This document shows positions 49,923 through 60,525 of a stretch of DNA of 64,000 bases, in pieces. Origin of the DNA: Staphylococcus phage vB_SsapH-Golestan-100. The stretch lies in the sequence record LC647030.1; one strand, 5' to 3'. Under the pieces are notes generated by a model. That model saw only the letters and a program-made list of their open reading frames with translations. It did no database searches and had not been told where the DNA came from. The position numbers and the translations under genes are program-made. Each line of letters opens with the position of its first letter. Positions within the stretch are counted from its first letter, which is position 1.

Positions 49923-51292
49923 TACAATTTTCACCATTAACAAAAGACAATAATGTAAAAGACCTTTCAGAAACAGTTAATAGTATTGGAGCTGAGCTAA
50001 CTAAGAGTAATAACATATTTACTCAAGTTGATTCTATGTCCAAGACTTTGCAAAATGTTCAACAATTTACATTAACTAATAAGGATGGCTATTCTAAAGT
50101 ACCAGGTTCTTTGAAAAGTATCAGAGAATTGAGAGAGGCAGGTTATTACTATATATCTGCTTCTACTCTTGCTACTTTATCAGATGCCCCACCCGTTAAC
50201 TCTGATGTTGTAATTACTGTAATGCCTTCTTCAACAAAAGATTATTGCATACAGTACTTACATACGCTAAGAGCATCTATTAATCCTAGGGCATTGTTTA
50301 GATACGCTACTCCTTCAATGTCTACAGAGTGGTTATCCGTAGTTACAACACCGTTAACTATGAATACTACCATAAGTGATAAAGACTTAAACAAAGACGT
50401 TATAGATGTTGGAACTTATTACTTTTATAACCTTAAAGGCGTCCCAACAGGTATAACACGAGGGTTTTTAGATGTAAGGAAAGGGCAAAATGACTTAACT
50501 ATATATGAGATTACTAATGCTTCTACAGCTTTGAAATATACATCAATATTTTCACCTGACACAGGACTTTCTAGTTGGGTAGAGGAGACTACATTAGATA
50601 ATATAAATGACTATACTTTAGCAGGTAAGGAAGATAACTATACGTACCCTAGATTTGGACTATATATTTATAAATCAGATAACATATCCTTTGGGGATGC
50701 TGTACAGAAGAAGTTAAAAGAAACTAACCAAGGGTCTTTCACTTTCTATTGCCAAGGAGGAGTACCCGATGCTCCTAGCCAGTATTCAACACGAGGGTTA
50801 TTCATTTCTGATACACCTAAAGACTCAGGCTCTGCAACTAATCATGGTGTATACTACGCTATTGAGACTAGTGGTAAGTTGGTAACAGGAGCTTTGGCTA
50901 GTGATAAATGGTCTACGCCAAAGAAAGCTCCCTCTATAGATACCTTATGGACAGGTAATAAGTTATTTACAGATACAAGTAAGACTGAAAAGTTATCAGC
51001 ACCTATTACAGACTATGATTATGTAGAGATTTTTATTAAGCCTAGAGTAACAACTAACTCCTCAGGAGACGTATGGGACGTAGTAAACAATGAAGGTCGT
51101 AGGTTCTATATAGGTAATGATACCTTCTTTATCGTTTCAGGAACGATTGTAGACTCTAAAGCTAAGACTATAGGTGTTGACCATTATAGAGTGGACATCA
51201 GATTCGATGGAGATACTTTTAAAGTAGATGGTTCTGCTACTATAAACAAAAAAGCACATTATGTAACTAGAATCGTTGGTCATAGAGTTTAG
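49916..51292 (+). CDS. Receptor-binding protein (458 aa)
   Basis: Size and position match the 458-aa RBP of Twort-like staphylococcal phages. Confidence 0.45.
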   Translation: MVIQFSPLTKDNNVKDLSETVNSIGAELTKSNNIFTQVDSMSKTLQNVQQFTLTNKDGYSKVPGSLKSIRELREAGYYYISASTLATLSDAPPVNSDVVITVMPSSTKDYCIQYLHTLRASINPRALFRYATPSMSTEWLSVVTTPLTMNTTISDKDLNKDVIDVGTYYFYNLKGVPTGITRGFLDVRKGQNDLTIYEITNASTALKYTSIFSPDTGLSSWVEETTLDNINDYTLAGKEDNYTYPRFGLYIYKSDNISFGDAVQKKLKETNQGSFTFYCQGGVPDAPSQYSTRGLFISDTPKDSGSATNHGVYYAIETSGKLVTGALASDKWSTPKKAPSIDTLWTGNKLFTDTSKTEKLSAPITDYDYVEIFIKPRVTTNSSGDVWDVVNNEGRRFYIGNDTFFIVSGTIVDSKAKTIGVDHYRVDIRFDGDTFKVDGSATINKKAHYVTRIVGHRV

Positions 51293-51295
51293 ACT

Positions 51296-51997
51296 TTAAG
51301 TACAGGATATTTCCTGTGCTTTTTTTTTCTCATACCTTCCAAAGTTGAATAGTCGATTTTCATCATCCTTATCTAATTGTTTTAATCCTGCGTCTAACTT
51401 CTGGTGTGCTTGTGCAATTTCTTTTTGGGATATTTTATTGATGTTGGTAACGCCTAACCAACGCATTGTTTTTTCTAACGTGGCATCTCTACCTTTTTCT
51501 TGAGAGATAGTTACAAATTGATTAATCTTTTCTTCAAGCTCAGTTACGTCATTATCATTGGCACTTGGTAATTCTTCACCGTTATAGATGTACAACCCTA
51601 GTCCATGTAACGCTGCCGCTTTAACGAAGCATCTTTTCTGTGCTTTGTTGATGTCGAATGTAGTTGCGCTACCTTTAGCTAATGATTTATTTCTAAAATC
51701 TAGTACAGGCAACCATTCGGTTTCAGTTTGTCCTTTAACCGTTACTGATACTTGAACAAAATAACCTTCTGGTGCAGCTAAATATGGAACGAAATAATCA
51801 TCTCTTTCAACATCTGGATGTGGAAACTCATGTGTTTTAATAGTGAAATTTGGGTCAATCTTCTTTAATTCTTGGTGTGCATATGACCATGCAAGATAAG
51901 TAAGTCCATTCTTTTTCTCTACATGATCGTTTACATTTTTGGAATTAAGTTGATTAAATAGTGTTTGTTCAGTCATAATCCACCTCTTCATATTCAA
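51296..51997 (-). CDS. Putative Rad52-like single-strand annealing protein (Sak/DUF1071-type)
   Basis: The N-terminal LTYLAWSYAHQELKKIDPNF resembles the Sak-family YLSWA motif. Confidence 0.35.
   Translation of the reverse strand: MNMKRWIMTEQTLFNQLNSKNVNDHVEKKNGLTYLAWSYAHQELKKIDPNFTIKTHEFPHPDVERDDYFVPYLAAPEGYFVQVSVTVKGQTETEWLPVLDFRNKSLAKGSATTFDINKAQKRCFVKAAALHGLGLYIYNGEELPSANDNDVTELEEKINQFVTISQEKGRDATLEKTMRWLGVTNINKISQKEIAQAHQKLDAGLKQLDKDDENRLFNFGRYEKKKAQEISCT
51301..51329 (+). terminator. Rho-independent terminator at a convergent junction
   Basis: tacagga/tcctgtg stem followed by T9. Confidence 0.6.
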
Positions 51998-52256
51998 CTG
52001 TTTCAGTCAGTGTTTTTTTAATTGCTGTGTGCTTTGTCATATCTATACTAGTGTTATCTAGTCCGTTAAAATCTTTTGCATCTCTTTTGTTAGTTGAGTA
52101 TTTAACGTCAGGAAACGATTCTGAAGGTCTGTTCATAATGTAGAGATCATCGTAATCGTCTTTACGTTTAATTAGATACGTGACTGTCTGTTTCATCGCT
52201 AACCAACCTTTCACCAGCCAAAACTTCTTTAATAGCTTCGAATGACTGTTTAGCAT
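51969..52256 (-). CDS. Hypothetical protein (95 aa)
   Basis: ORF. Confidence 0.35.
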   Translation of the reverse strand: MLNSHSKLLKKFWLVKGWLAMKQTVTYLIKRKDDYDDLYIMNRPSESFPDVKYSTNKRDAKDFNGLDNTSIDMTKHTAIKKTLTETVEYEEVDYD

Positions 52257-52518
52257 CTTCTAGTTCATGCCAGTCATATATGTGTATTGAGCCATAGCCT
52301 TTTTCGTAGTAGTCGCTGAAATGTGTAAATGCGATACCTAGTGTTCCTTCATCAAATTGCTTGAATATAACATGTGCTTCTATGTCTGAATAGGCGAGCT
52401 TGATGTTTAAGTCGTAGGACATGTTGAGTAAACGGTGTTTATTCATAAGTTTCCACCTCCTTATATTTCGATTTGTGATGGGTACACATAAAGTGCGTAT
52501 CTCATGTGGTACTATCAA
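52168..52518 (-). CDS. Hypothetical protein (116 aa)
   Basis: ORF. Confidence 0.35.
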   Translation of the reverse strand: MIVPHEIRTLCVPITNRNIRRWKLMNKHRLLNMSYDLNIKLAYSDIEAHVIFKQFDEGTLGIAFTHFSDYYEKGYGSIHIYDWHELEDAKQSFEAIKEVLAGERLVSDETDSHVSN

Positions 52519-52570
52519 AGATAGTAACCTTATATTGTGAGGTGGTAGTTAGCCACCTCGTGTGGTATAA

Positions 52571-53296
52571 TTAAATAAATAACAACATTGTATCTAATTT
52601 GTTTTTGTTATGTTTTCTCTTGTTATAAATCTCTGCCAGTGCTAGTGGTAGGGATTCTTTTTTCGTTTTAAATCCCACTTGTTTTTTAGTTGCTTCTTGG
52701 ATAAAGCCTTCATAACCAATTTCTTTCAAACGATTAATCAAATGTGACACATCTATTTTATTTCCGTAAGTAGCAATGAATTGTGCAAATCCTTTTATTA
52801 TAAACGCTTGGTAAAATCTTCTTTCTAGTCCAAATGATGATTTAATTACTTGTAGAACTATTTCTAAAAATTCTTTACCATATTTTTTATGAACGCTTTG
52901 CAATGAAGCATACGCAGTAATGTAACCTTCTTTTGTTCCCTTTTTATCGTAGTCAATACTTAAACCAACATTCTGAACAGCTTCTTCAATTTCAATTGCG
53001 TTTTGATCTCCAAACTTTAGTGATGATTTACCTTTTGAATTTGGCGATTTAGCAGGTCTGTCGTTAATGCCATAGTACATTTCAGCTTCTTCTTCCACCG
53101 TTAATCCTTCATGAACAGTAGAGTCTATAGTCGGTATACCTAATTCTTTTAGAGCTTCAACTCTATGTTGTCCATCTATTACGAAAAATTGTCCATTTTC
53201 CCTTTTGTTAACTACTATTGTGTGTAACTTTTGTGGGTCGAAGTTTTTAACTATTTTTTTAACTTGCGAATCCTTTACTGGCGACTGATAACTCAT
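52571..53296 (-). CDS. DGQHR-domain (ParB/DndB-like) nuclease-family protein
   Basis: FFVIDGQHRVEAL signature. Confidence 0.55.
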   Translation of the reverse strand: MSYQSPVKDSQVKKIVKNFDPQKLHTIVVNKRENGQFFVIDGQHRVEALKELGIPTIDSTVHEGLTVEEEAEMYYGINDRPAKSPNSKGKSSLKFGDQNAIEIEEAVQNVGLSIDYDKKGTKEGYITAYASLQSVHKKYGKEFLEIVLQVIKSSFGLERRFYQAFIIKGFAQFIATYGNKIDVSHLINRLKEIGYEGFIQEATKKQVGFKTKKESLPLALAEIYNKRKHNKNKLDTMLLFI

Positions 53297-53348
53297 ATCT
53301 GTTTTTAAACTCGTTAACCTTCATTGTTCTCACTCTTGTTTTTTTTTG

Positions 53349-53377
53349 TTGCAAAATAAGTGAAAGTGTGGTATACT
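53349..53377 (+). promoter_or_regulatory. Strong sigma-70-like promoter for the replication operon
   Basis: TTGCAA, a 17-nt spacer, then TGgTATACT. Confidence 0.55.
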
Positions 53378-53408
53378 AGTAAAAGACCATAGAATAGGAG
53401 GATTTATA

Positions 53409-55967
53409 GTGAAGATTATTGTAGACATTATAGACAGCAAGATAGAGTTTGAACCTGAAGATGAGCATTTAAAACCCGCTATTATCAACAGAGCACATAC
53501 TGATTTAGGTGCTAGAGACCCGAACTTTTTGCATGACAGAAGGTATAAGTTAGGTATATGGGATGGGATGATAGACTTTTACGATGCAAAAAACCATTCA
53601 TTCCCTACAGGCCTTCTAGAAAAAGTTATGATTATGCTAGGGGACATGCAGTCGCAGTATGGATTTACATATTCTGTAGAGGACTTCAGACCTGATACGT
53701 TTTTAGATGTTGATGAGATGGATGAGGAAATAGTTTTAAAGGATGAAGATTTAGGCTCCATAACACTTAGAGACTATCAGCATGATGCAGTAAAAGGTAT
53801 TATAGAACACATGAATGGTATTGTTAACCTAAGTACTAATGCAGGTAAATGTATCAATAAGAATACAAGAATACTTACAGCGCAAGGTTATAAAACACTA
53901 GAGGACATCTTTACAGAGCAAGGTATAAGTTTAGATGGTGATGAGGAAGTTATACCATTACAGTATACGCTCATTAATCGTTATGGAAAGAGAGAACAAA
54001 CAAGTCATTTTACAAAGAATGGTATTAAGCCTACTAAAGTGATAACTACACATAGAGGAACAACATTGAATACAACTTACAACCATCCCTTATTAGTAGA
54101 TAGAGAGGGTACACCTGAGTGGGTTAAAGCAGAGGACTTAAAAGCAGGAGACAAGCTATATGCTAGAGCTGGTGATAACATATTTGGCACAGATAAAACA
54201 GTTAGGTCTGAGAGTGAAGCTTATAGAAGAGGTGCTATACAATCTGCAACAAAACCTCTACCAAAGTATATTCATCAAGCACCAAGAAAGATACAATTAG
54301 CATTTCTTACTGGGTTTTTAAATCTTAGAGAAGGTATTGACTTACTAAAAACATTACATACCTATAATGAACGTATTGTAATAGAAAGTCCATGTAAAGA
54401 GCTATTAGAGGACTTACAGCTAGTTCTATCTAACCTAGGTATTCTATCTTCCCTAAAGGATACAGAAAAATCTTCTTTTACATATTACGGTTTATTGGAT
54501 GTATATGAAGGGCAAGAAGAGTTGAATATAGAAACGCAAACCTATTTACAAGAAGTTGTTTCTATAGAAGAGGGAGAAGAGATTCCTACATTTGATGTTA
54601 GTATGCCTGAGACAAACTCATTCATAGGACAGGGGATTATAAACCATAATACAGAAGTAGCTAGTGGAATCATTCAGCAGTTACTCCCTCAGTTAGAAAG
54701 AGGAGAGCGTATTGCTTTCTTCACTAATAACTCATCTATCTTTTACCAGTCAGCTAAACGTATAGGAGATAGATTAGGTATTAAAGTAGGATTATATGGT
54801 GGAGGTAAAAAAGACATACAACAAGTTACATGCGTAATGTTACCTACGATACATGCTGGGTTGACAGACCCTGAAAAAAATGTTAAACTAACTGAGAAAG
54901 AAAGATTATTTAAACGTATAGCTAAAGAGGTACTACCTCAGTTTGAATCAGGAGTAAACCAACGTTATCTACTGAAGCTATTTATTGACCGTTTTGAACC
55001 TAAGACCAAAGTTGACTTAAAGTTTAAGCATGAGCTTGAAGAGGTCTTACATAGAAGTGGTTCTGATAGTGAAGTATTGATGAACTTAACAAAGTATGCT
55101 AAGCTATATAGAGAAACAATACAGAAGAAAAATAATAAAGTATATAAGAAGAATAAAGAAGTGGTAGACTTCTTAGAGAGTGTTTCTGTTATGATTTGTG
55201 ATGAAGCACACCATACGTCAGCAGATACTTGGTACTACTCACTCAGACGATGCATCAATGCTCAATACAGAGTAGCCCTAACAGGTTCAATAGAAGAGAG
55301 CAATGAACTACTCGTAATGAGGCTGAAATCAGTATTTGGAGAGATAGTAGCTAAAGTAAGAAACAAACAAATGATTGAAAGAGGATTTTCTGCTAAACCT
55401 ATCATAAAAGTTTTTCCTGTAACTCAACCTAAAGACATATCAGGATTAAAAGAGTTCCAAGAAATATACAGGAAAGGTATAGTTGAGAATGAGTATAGAA
55501 ACCTGTTGATGGCTAAACTAACTAAAACATTAAACACACAAGGTAAAACAACACTATTGATAGTAAACCATACAAAACATGGAGAGGCATTAGTAGAGTT
55601 ATTAGAGCAACTAGAGATAGACCATAGATTCATTCATGGTCAATTATCTACAGAGTATAGAGAAGAGTCATTACAATTAGTGAGAGATGGGAAACTAGAT
55701 GTTCTCATAGCCACATCTATTGTAGATGAAGGTGTAGACATCTCAGCTATTGACGCTTTAATACTTTGTGCAGGAGGTAAATCTTTACGACAAACCCTTC
55801 AGCGTATAGGTAGAACATTAAGAAAGAAAAAAGGTGACAATACCTGCCAAGTATTTGATTTCACCGATTACACACATGACATTTTACTTTCACACTCTAA
55901 GAAGAGAAGAAAAATATATGTAGAAGAAGAGTTTGAGATAGTTGACATACAGCCAAAAGCAAAATAA
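53409..55967 (+). CDS. SF2 (DEAH-type) helicase precursor with an intein in the Walker A motif
   Basis: STNAGK|C...HN|TEVASG. DEAHH Walker B. C-terminal helicase motifs TGS, IATSIVDEGVDI and QRIGRTLR. Confidence 0.75.
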   Translation: MKIIVDIIDSKIEFEPEDEHLKPAIINRAHTDLGARDPNFLHDRRYKLGIWDGMIDFYDAKNHSFPTGLLEKVMIMLGDMQSQYGFTYSVEDFRPDTFLDVDEMDEEIVLKDEDLGSITLRDYQHDAVKGIIEHMNGIVNLSTNAGKCINKNTRILTAQGYKTLEDIFTEQGISLDGDEEVIPLQYTLINRYGKREQTSHFTKNGIKPTKVITTHRGTTLNTTYNHPLLVDREGTPEWVKAEDLKAGDKLYARAGDNIFGTDKTVRSESEAYRRGAIQSATKPLPKYIHQAPRKIQLAFLTGFLNLREGIDLLKTLHTYNERIVIESPCKELLEDLQLVLSNLGILSSLKDTEKSSFTYYGLLDVYEGQEELNIETQTYLQEVVSIEEGEEIPTFDVSMPETNSFIGQGIINHNTEVASGIIQQLLPQLERGERIAFFTNNSSIFYQSAKRIGDRLGIKVGLYGGGKKDIQQVTCVMLPTIHAGLTDPEKNVKLTEKERLFKRIAKEVLPQFESGVNQRYLLKLFIDRFEPKTKVDLKFKHELEEVLHRSGSDSEVLMNLTKYAKLYRETIQKKNNKVYKKNKEVVDFLESVSVMICDEAHHTSADTWYYSLRRCINAQYRVALTGSIEESNELLVMRLKSVFGEIVAKVRNKQMIERGFSAKPIIKVFPVTQPKDISGLKEFQEIYRKGIVENEYRNLLMAKLTKTLNTQGKTTLLIVNHTKHGEALVELLEQLEIDHRFIHGQLSTEYREESLQLVRDGKLDVLIATSIVDEGVDISAIDALILCAGGKSLRQTLQRIGRTLRKKKGDNTCQVFDFTDYTHDILLSHSKKRRKIYVEEEFEIVDIQPKAK
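53850..54650 (+). mobile_element. Intein (267 aa) inserted in the helicase P-loop
   Basis: Block A CINKNTRILTAQGY begins immediately after GK. Block B GTPEWVKAEDLKAGDKL. Blocks F/G TFDVSMPETNSFIGQGIINHN|T. Removal restores TNAGKT. Confidence 0.7.
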
Positions 55968-55992
55968 GAGTAATAAAAGGAGAGGAGAGCAT

Positions 55993-57636
55993 ATGCAACA
56001 GCTTAGAGAAGAAGGTAATCAAGTAGCATTAACTAAGTCTACTGAACATTTTTTAGACTTTCTAAAAGACCAAGTTAATGAAGATGGAACATATGCTATA
56101 GGTACTAGGAAACAGCTAGAAGAATCCTATGGCAAGTCCCGTTCTGTTATTGACCGTAAGTTAAAAGAACTAACAGAAAAAGAAATTATTACTTGTGTTA
56201 CAAAAAGAGGTAAGAATGGTGGTACTATCATTACTTTAAACTACTACAAACCTAGTGATTTTAATGCTTGGGTTAAGAAAGATGATAGTGTTATTACTTC
56301 TAATGAAAAGTATGCAAGAGATTTACGGAAAAAGGTATTTCCTAAATATAAAAGACCTTTAGGCCAAGGAAGACCTAGACGTACTAAAGAAGAAATGAGA
56401 GCTTATAAGCTAGCTAGAACTGAATTTGAAAAGTTAATGGTAACAATGAATCAGAGTACAAGTAACTTATACCCTTCTAAAGAAGTTTTTAATATGGCTC
56501 CTGACCCTGAAGGTTATTATAAAGCATACACTATGGCTAGACTGTATGATGTTATGTGTTATGAATACATGAAGCAAGCATGGATAGACCATAAGAATAT
56601 CAAGAATCCTACAGAAAAAGAAAAAAGTGCTGTAGACTTCTACTACACTAAGATGTTATACTATAGAAACAGTAACATATTAGGTAAAGACTTCTTTGGT
56701 ACTAAACTATTTAATACCTTCTATAATGCTTATCATAAACTAAAAGAGAGTAAGTTAATGATGAGTATAGAAGAGTACATGCATTCAGTATTCAAAAACT
56801 ATGTTACTCACTTTGAGTATTATAGAGGAACAAAGTATGGCTTAAAGAGTCCCGTACCTTACCCTAACTACTTACACAGTGAGACAGCATTCAAGAATTT
56901 CTACCAGCATAGAGACTATTTAAGAAAGAACAAATGTAACTTCGATAGTTACTTACCTATAGGTAACTATGTTAGTATAATAGGTATAGCAAACCCAGTA
57001 TACAAGGCTATATCACGACTATTCAATTCCGACTTCAACAACAAAGAAGAGTATAATATCATCGAGGATAAATTTAATGTAGTTATGAAGACACGAGGTT
57101 TATATAGCCCTATTACAGATTCCTTGTATACGTCTGATGAGCTATCGGAAGAGCCTGAGTTACAAGATACACTGAGCTACTTCAAGAAATATAGAGATAC
57201 AATTGATGAGGTCAAATCAGTTATAGAGGATGAGAAGGAGTATAAACTGATAGACCTATTCTTAAAACAACTATACATGATAAAAGTAGACCCTATGAAG
57301 TTAACTATATTTGATAGAATGACTATGTACCCTGTACAGCAACGTTACTACTTTGAAATGCTAGATTTCTCAGGAAGACTTAGAAAGGATAGAGAAGAGT
57401 CTTACGCTTGTATAGGAGCTGTAGGACAGCCTATAAAACAAGAACAGTTTGAGGATTTTGCTAGAGCAGGAGAAGAGTACTCTAATATCGCTAATGGAGG
57501 AGCTATGTACCAAATTATTAATATGTATATGGGTTACAATAGCACTGCCTTAAATGTACATGAAGTACATAATGTAATAAATAAATATAAATTAAATCAC
57601 ATTATAAAGCTTGACAAAAATGGTTTATTAGTATAA
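55993..57636 (+). CDS. Rep-like / replication-associated protein (547 aa)
   Basis: ATG with an aggagaggagagc RBS; the track start at 55942 overlaps the helicase. A wHTH-like N-terminus. Confidence 0.4.
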   Translation: MQQLREEGNQVALTKSTEHFLDFLKDQVNEDGTYAIGTRKQLEESYGKSRSVIDRKLKELTEKEIITCVTKRGKNGGTIITLNYYKPSDFNAWVKKDDSVITSNEKYARDLRKKVFPKYKRPLGQGRPRRTKEEMRAYKLARTEFEKLMVTMNQSTSNLYPSKEVFNMAPDPEGYYKAYTMARLYDVMCYEYMKQAWIDHKNIKNPTEKEKSAVDFYYTKMLYYRNSNILGKDFFGTKLFNTFYNAYHKLKESKLMMSIEEYMHSVFKNYVTHFEYYRGTKYGLKSPVPYPNYLHSETAFKNFYQHRDYLRKNKCNFDSYLPIGNYVSIIGIANPVYKAISRLFNSDFNNKEEYNIIEDKFNVVMKTRGLYSPITDSLYTSDELSEEPELQDTLSYFKKYRDTIDEVKSVIEDEKEYKLIDLFLKQLYMIKVDPMKLTIFDRMTMYPVQQRYYFEMLDFSGRLRKDREESYACIGAVGQPIKQEQFEDFARAGEEYSNIANGGAMYQIINMYMGYNSTALNVHEVHNVINKYKLNHIIKLDKNGLLV

Positions 57637-57668
57637 GATGAATATATAATATTTTAGGAGGCACTTGT

Positions 57669-59108
57669 ATGAGTAGAAAAATGAAAGAGCTAGTAATTAC
57701 ACGTTCTTTAAAAGACTTAGAATTTGCAAGAGGGGCTTTATTAAAGCTCCCTGCAACAGTCTTTGAAGATGATAAGTCTTTACAAACTATTTACACAGTT
57801 TTAAAGAGACAGTTAATGAGCTCTCAAAATAGACCGAGCCAAGAAGTAATGACATTAAAAATTGAAGACCTTTTAACAAAACAAGGTAAAGATGATGAAG
57901 TTATAGATACTGCCATATCTACACTTAACTCTTTATATGAAGTAGAGAAGGATAAGAAGTTAGAAGATGAATCAATCAATACAGAAGTAGATAACTACGT
58001 TAAAGCTGAAATGACCAAGGATGCTATTATTAAAGCTGTTAGAAAAAATGAATTAGAAGATGTGGACAAAATAGGTAAACTTGGTGAAGAGATTACAAAG
58101 ATTGCAGTTCAGAATCTCTCAGGAGGTTCAGGAGACTTTTTAGACTTCTTCAATGACATAGACAAGAAAAAAGAATTGCTATCTAATATCTATTCTCATA
58201 AATACCCAACAGGATTTAAAACTTTAGATGGTATTATTGAAGGTGGATTATCTAGAGGAGAAGTTGGTGTCATCTCAGGTATTACAGGTGGTGGTAAATC
58301 ACTTACTATCACTAACCTTATTGCTAACTACGTCCGTAGTGGATTAAATGTATTACTTGTATCACTTGAGGAAAACATGGAACGTATTGTATTACGTTCT
58401 GAGCAACAGATGTTTGGTATTAAAAAGAGCAGTATCTTAAATACAGACTACACATTAAATGAAGCTTCATATGAAGCTATTCAAAAGCTATACCAACAAA
58501 AAGGTAAAACGTTTGGAAACTACTTTATTTCTAAACATAAACCTCAAGAGGTAAGTCCTTCAAAACTAGAACAAATAATCGTTAATACAACAGTGAGAGA
58601 AGATACAAATATTGATGTAGTCATTATTGACTATCCTGAGCTTATGATTAATCCATATAATAATGCTAGTGAGTCAGAAGCTGGTTCTTTAATCTATGAA
58701 CATATCCGTAAGCTATCACAAGAGTATGACTTCTTATGTTGGACTATATCTCAGGTAAACCGTAACGCATCTCAAAATAGTGAAGTTATAACTAAGTCTC
58801 ACATTGAAGGTTCTAAACGTAAACTTAACGCAGTAGAGCTTCACTTAACATTAAACCAAACATCAGAAGAGTTTGAAGCAGGTTACTTAAGATTTTATTT
58901 AGATAAAGTACGTAACAACTCAGGTAGAGTATCTAGTAAAATCATACCTATGAGAGTAGAGCCTGAGACTATGACAGTTAGAGATTGCTTGCCTGAAGAG
59001 CTACAAGAGCATTCAGAAGTGATGAACTCTAGAGATAGTCAAGTGTTTAACAAACCTAAACAAGAGTCACCTACTTCAAGAGCTAAAAGTTTTGATAATG
59101 GATTTTAG
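57669..59108 (+). CDS. DnaB-like replicative helicase
   Basis: GITGGGKS Walker A. LVSLEENMERIV resembles the DnaB H2/SLEM motif. Confidence 0.55.
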   Translation: MSRKMKELVITRSLKDLEFARGALLKLPATVFEDDKSLQTIYTVLKRQLMSSQNRPSQEVMTLKIEDLLTKQGKDDEVIDTAISTLNSLYEVEKDKKLEDESINTEVDNYVKAEMTKDAIIKAVRKNELEDVDKIGKLGEEITKIAVQNLSGGSGDFLDFFNDIDKKKELLSNIYSHKYPTGFKTLDGIIEGGLSRGEVGVISGITGGGKSLTITNLIANYVRSGLNVLLVSLEENMERIVLRSEQQMFGIKKSSILNTDYTLNEASYEAIQKLYQQKGKTFGNYFISKHKPQEVSPSKLEQIIVNTTVREDTNIDVVIIDYPELMINPYNNASESEAGSLIYEHIRKLSQEYDFLCWTISQVNRNASQNSEVITKSHIEGSKRKLNAVELHLTLNQTSEEFEAGYLRFYLDKVRNNSGRVSSKIIPMRVEPETMTVRDCLPEELQEHSEVMNSRDSQVFNKPKQESPTSRAKSFDNGF

Positions 59109-59119
59109 GAGGAACTTTA

Positions 59120-60145
59120 ATGAAATTTATATTTTTTACAGACAGTCATTTTCACTTATTCACAGACTTTAGTAAACCTGACGAGTTTTATCGCAACGAC
59201 AGGTTTAAAGAACAAATGGAAGCCTTAAACTCTGTCTTTGAGATAGCAAGGGAAAAGGAAGCTACAATTATCTTTGGAGGAGACTTATTCCATAAACGTA
59301 ACGCTGTAGACACAGTAGTCTACAATGAAGTATTTAAAGTATTTGCTAGAAATAAAGATGTAGCTGTCTTATTACTCAGAGGTAATCATGATGCTACTAC
59401 CAATTCAGTATATACTGATTCAAGTATAGATACGTTTGAATACTTACCTAATGTAAGTGTATTTCAATCTTTTGGAACTATAGAGAAGGATAATGTAAAT
59501 ATAGTCTTTACAGCTTATGGTGATGAGACTGAAGAGATTAAAGAATACATCAAGGAGAATAATAAACTAGGTAAAGTAAACATTCTTGTAGGCCACTTAG
59601 GTGTAGAAGGGTCTTTAACAGGCAAGGGTTCTCATAGATTAGAAGGGGCGTTTGGGTACCAAGACCTATTACCTGATAAGTATGATTTTATTCTTTTAGG
59701 GCATTATCATAGAAGACAGTATTTCCAAAACCCAAATCACTTTTATGGTGGCTCTTTAATGCAACAATCATTCTCAGATGAGCAAGAAGCTAATGGTGTT
59801 CACTTAATAGATACTGATACTATTACAACAGAATTTATACCTCTAGATACACGTAGGTTTATTACAGTAAGAGGGGATGATGTCCCTGAAGACCTAGACC
59901 AACTTATAGAGTATGGTCACTTCATTAGATTTGTAGGTAGTACTAACCAAGCTAAAGCGATAGAGTTAGCATCTACAGATGAGACTAATAACATACGAGT
60001 AGAGTTACAGAAAGATTATACAGTAGAAAAACGTATAGATAGTGAAGTCACTGATTCACCGTTATCTATAGCATCAAGCTACTCAGATAAGTACTATCCT
60101 GAAGCTAAGAAAGAAATATTAGAATGTCTACAGGAGGTTTTATAG
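59120..60145 (+). CDS. sbcD: SbcD/Mre11-like nuclease
   Basis: Calcineurin-like phosphoesterase motifs DSHFH, GGDLFH, GNHD and GHYH. Confidence 0.7.
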   Translation: MKFIFFTDSHFHLFTDFSKPDEFYRNDRFKEQMEALNSVFEIAREKEATIIFGGDLFHKRNAVDTVVYNEVFKVFARNKDVAVLLLRGNHDATTNSVYTDSSIDTFEYLPNVSVFQSFGTIEKDNVNIVFTAYGDETEEIKEYIKENNKLGKVNILVGHLGVEGSLTGKGSHRLEGAFGYQDLLPDKYDFILLGHYHRRQYFQNPNHFYGGSLMQQSFSDEQEANGVHLIDTDTITTEFIPLDTRRFITVRGDDVPEDLDQLIEYGHFIRFVGSTNQAKAIELASTDETNNIRVELQKDYTVEKRIDSEVTDSPLSIASSYSDKYYPEAKKEILECLQEVL

Positions 60146-60525
60146 TGAGTGATTATATCAATAAGTTTAATGAGGTTAAACAAGGGAAGAAATCAGGAAA
60201 GAGTATAGCTGAATTTGTAGATGACTTTATGAAAGGTGTAGACCCTGACATTTTTAAACCTAAAATCACTTTCCTTGACATTTCTAGTGTAATAGACGAT
60301 AATGTAGTAGACACTAAACCAATATTACAATTTAGGGATTGGGATGGTGTTGAGGAGAACATATGTAATGTTATTGACTTAGATGATGGTTTAAATAAAG
60401 TTAGACAAATTTTAAAAGATAGTAATTATGAATTTCATTATATGAGAACTTATAAACCTAATAACATTTGGGTTATAGATTATGGCTCTCATAATACATC
60501 TTTTTTAGTTAAGGAGGCAAAATAG
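60124..60525 (+). CDS. Hypothetical protein (133 aa)
   Basis: ORF overlapping the end of sbcD. Confidence 0.35.
   Translation: MSTGGFIVSDYINKFNEVKQGKKSGKSIAEFVDDFMKGVDPDIFKPKITFLDISSVIDDNVVDTKPILQFRDWDGVEENICNVIDLDDGLNKVRQILKDSNYEFHYMRTYKPNNIWVIDYGSHNTSFLVKEAK

Noticed and set aside
52540-52572. Hairpin gaggtgg/ccacctc followed by TGgTATAAT
   Set aside because: No T run on either strand, so it is not a terminator. The -10-like sequence points into minus-strand genes with no plus-strand ORF downstream.
55942-55992. Start at 55942 for the Rep-like gene
   Set aside because: It overlaps the helicase 3' end without an RBS. The ATG at 55993 is preceded by aggagaggagagc.
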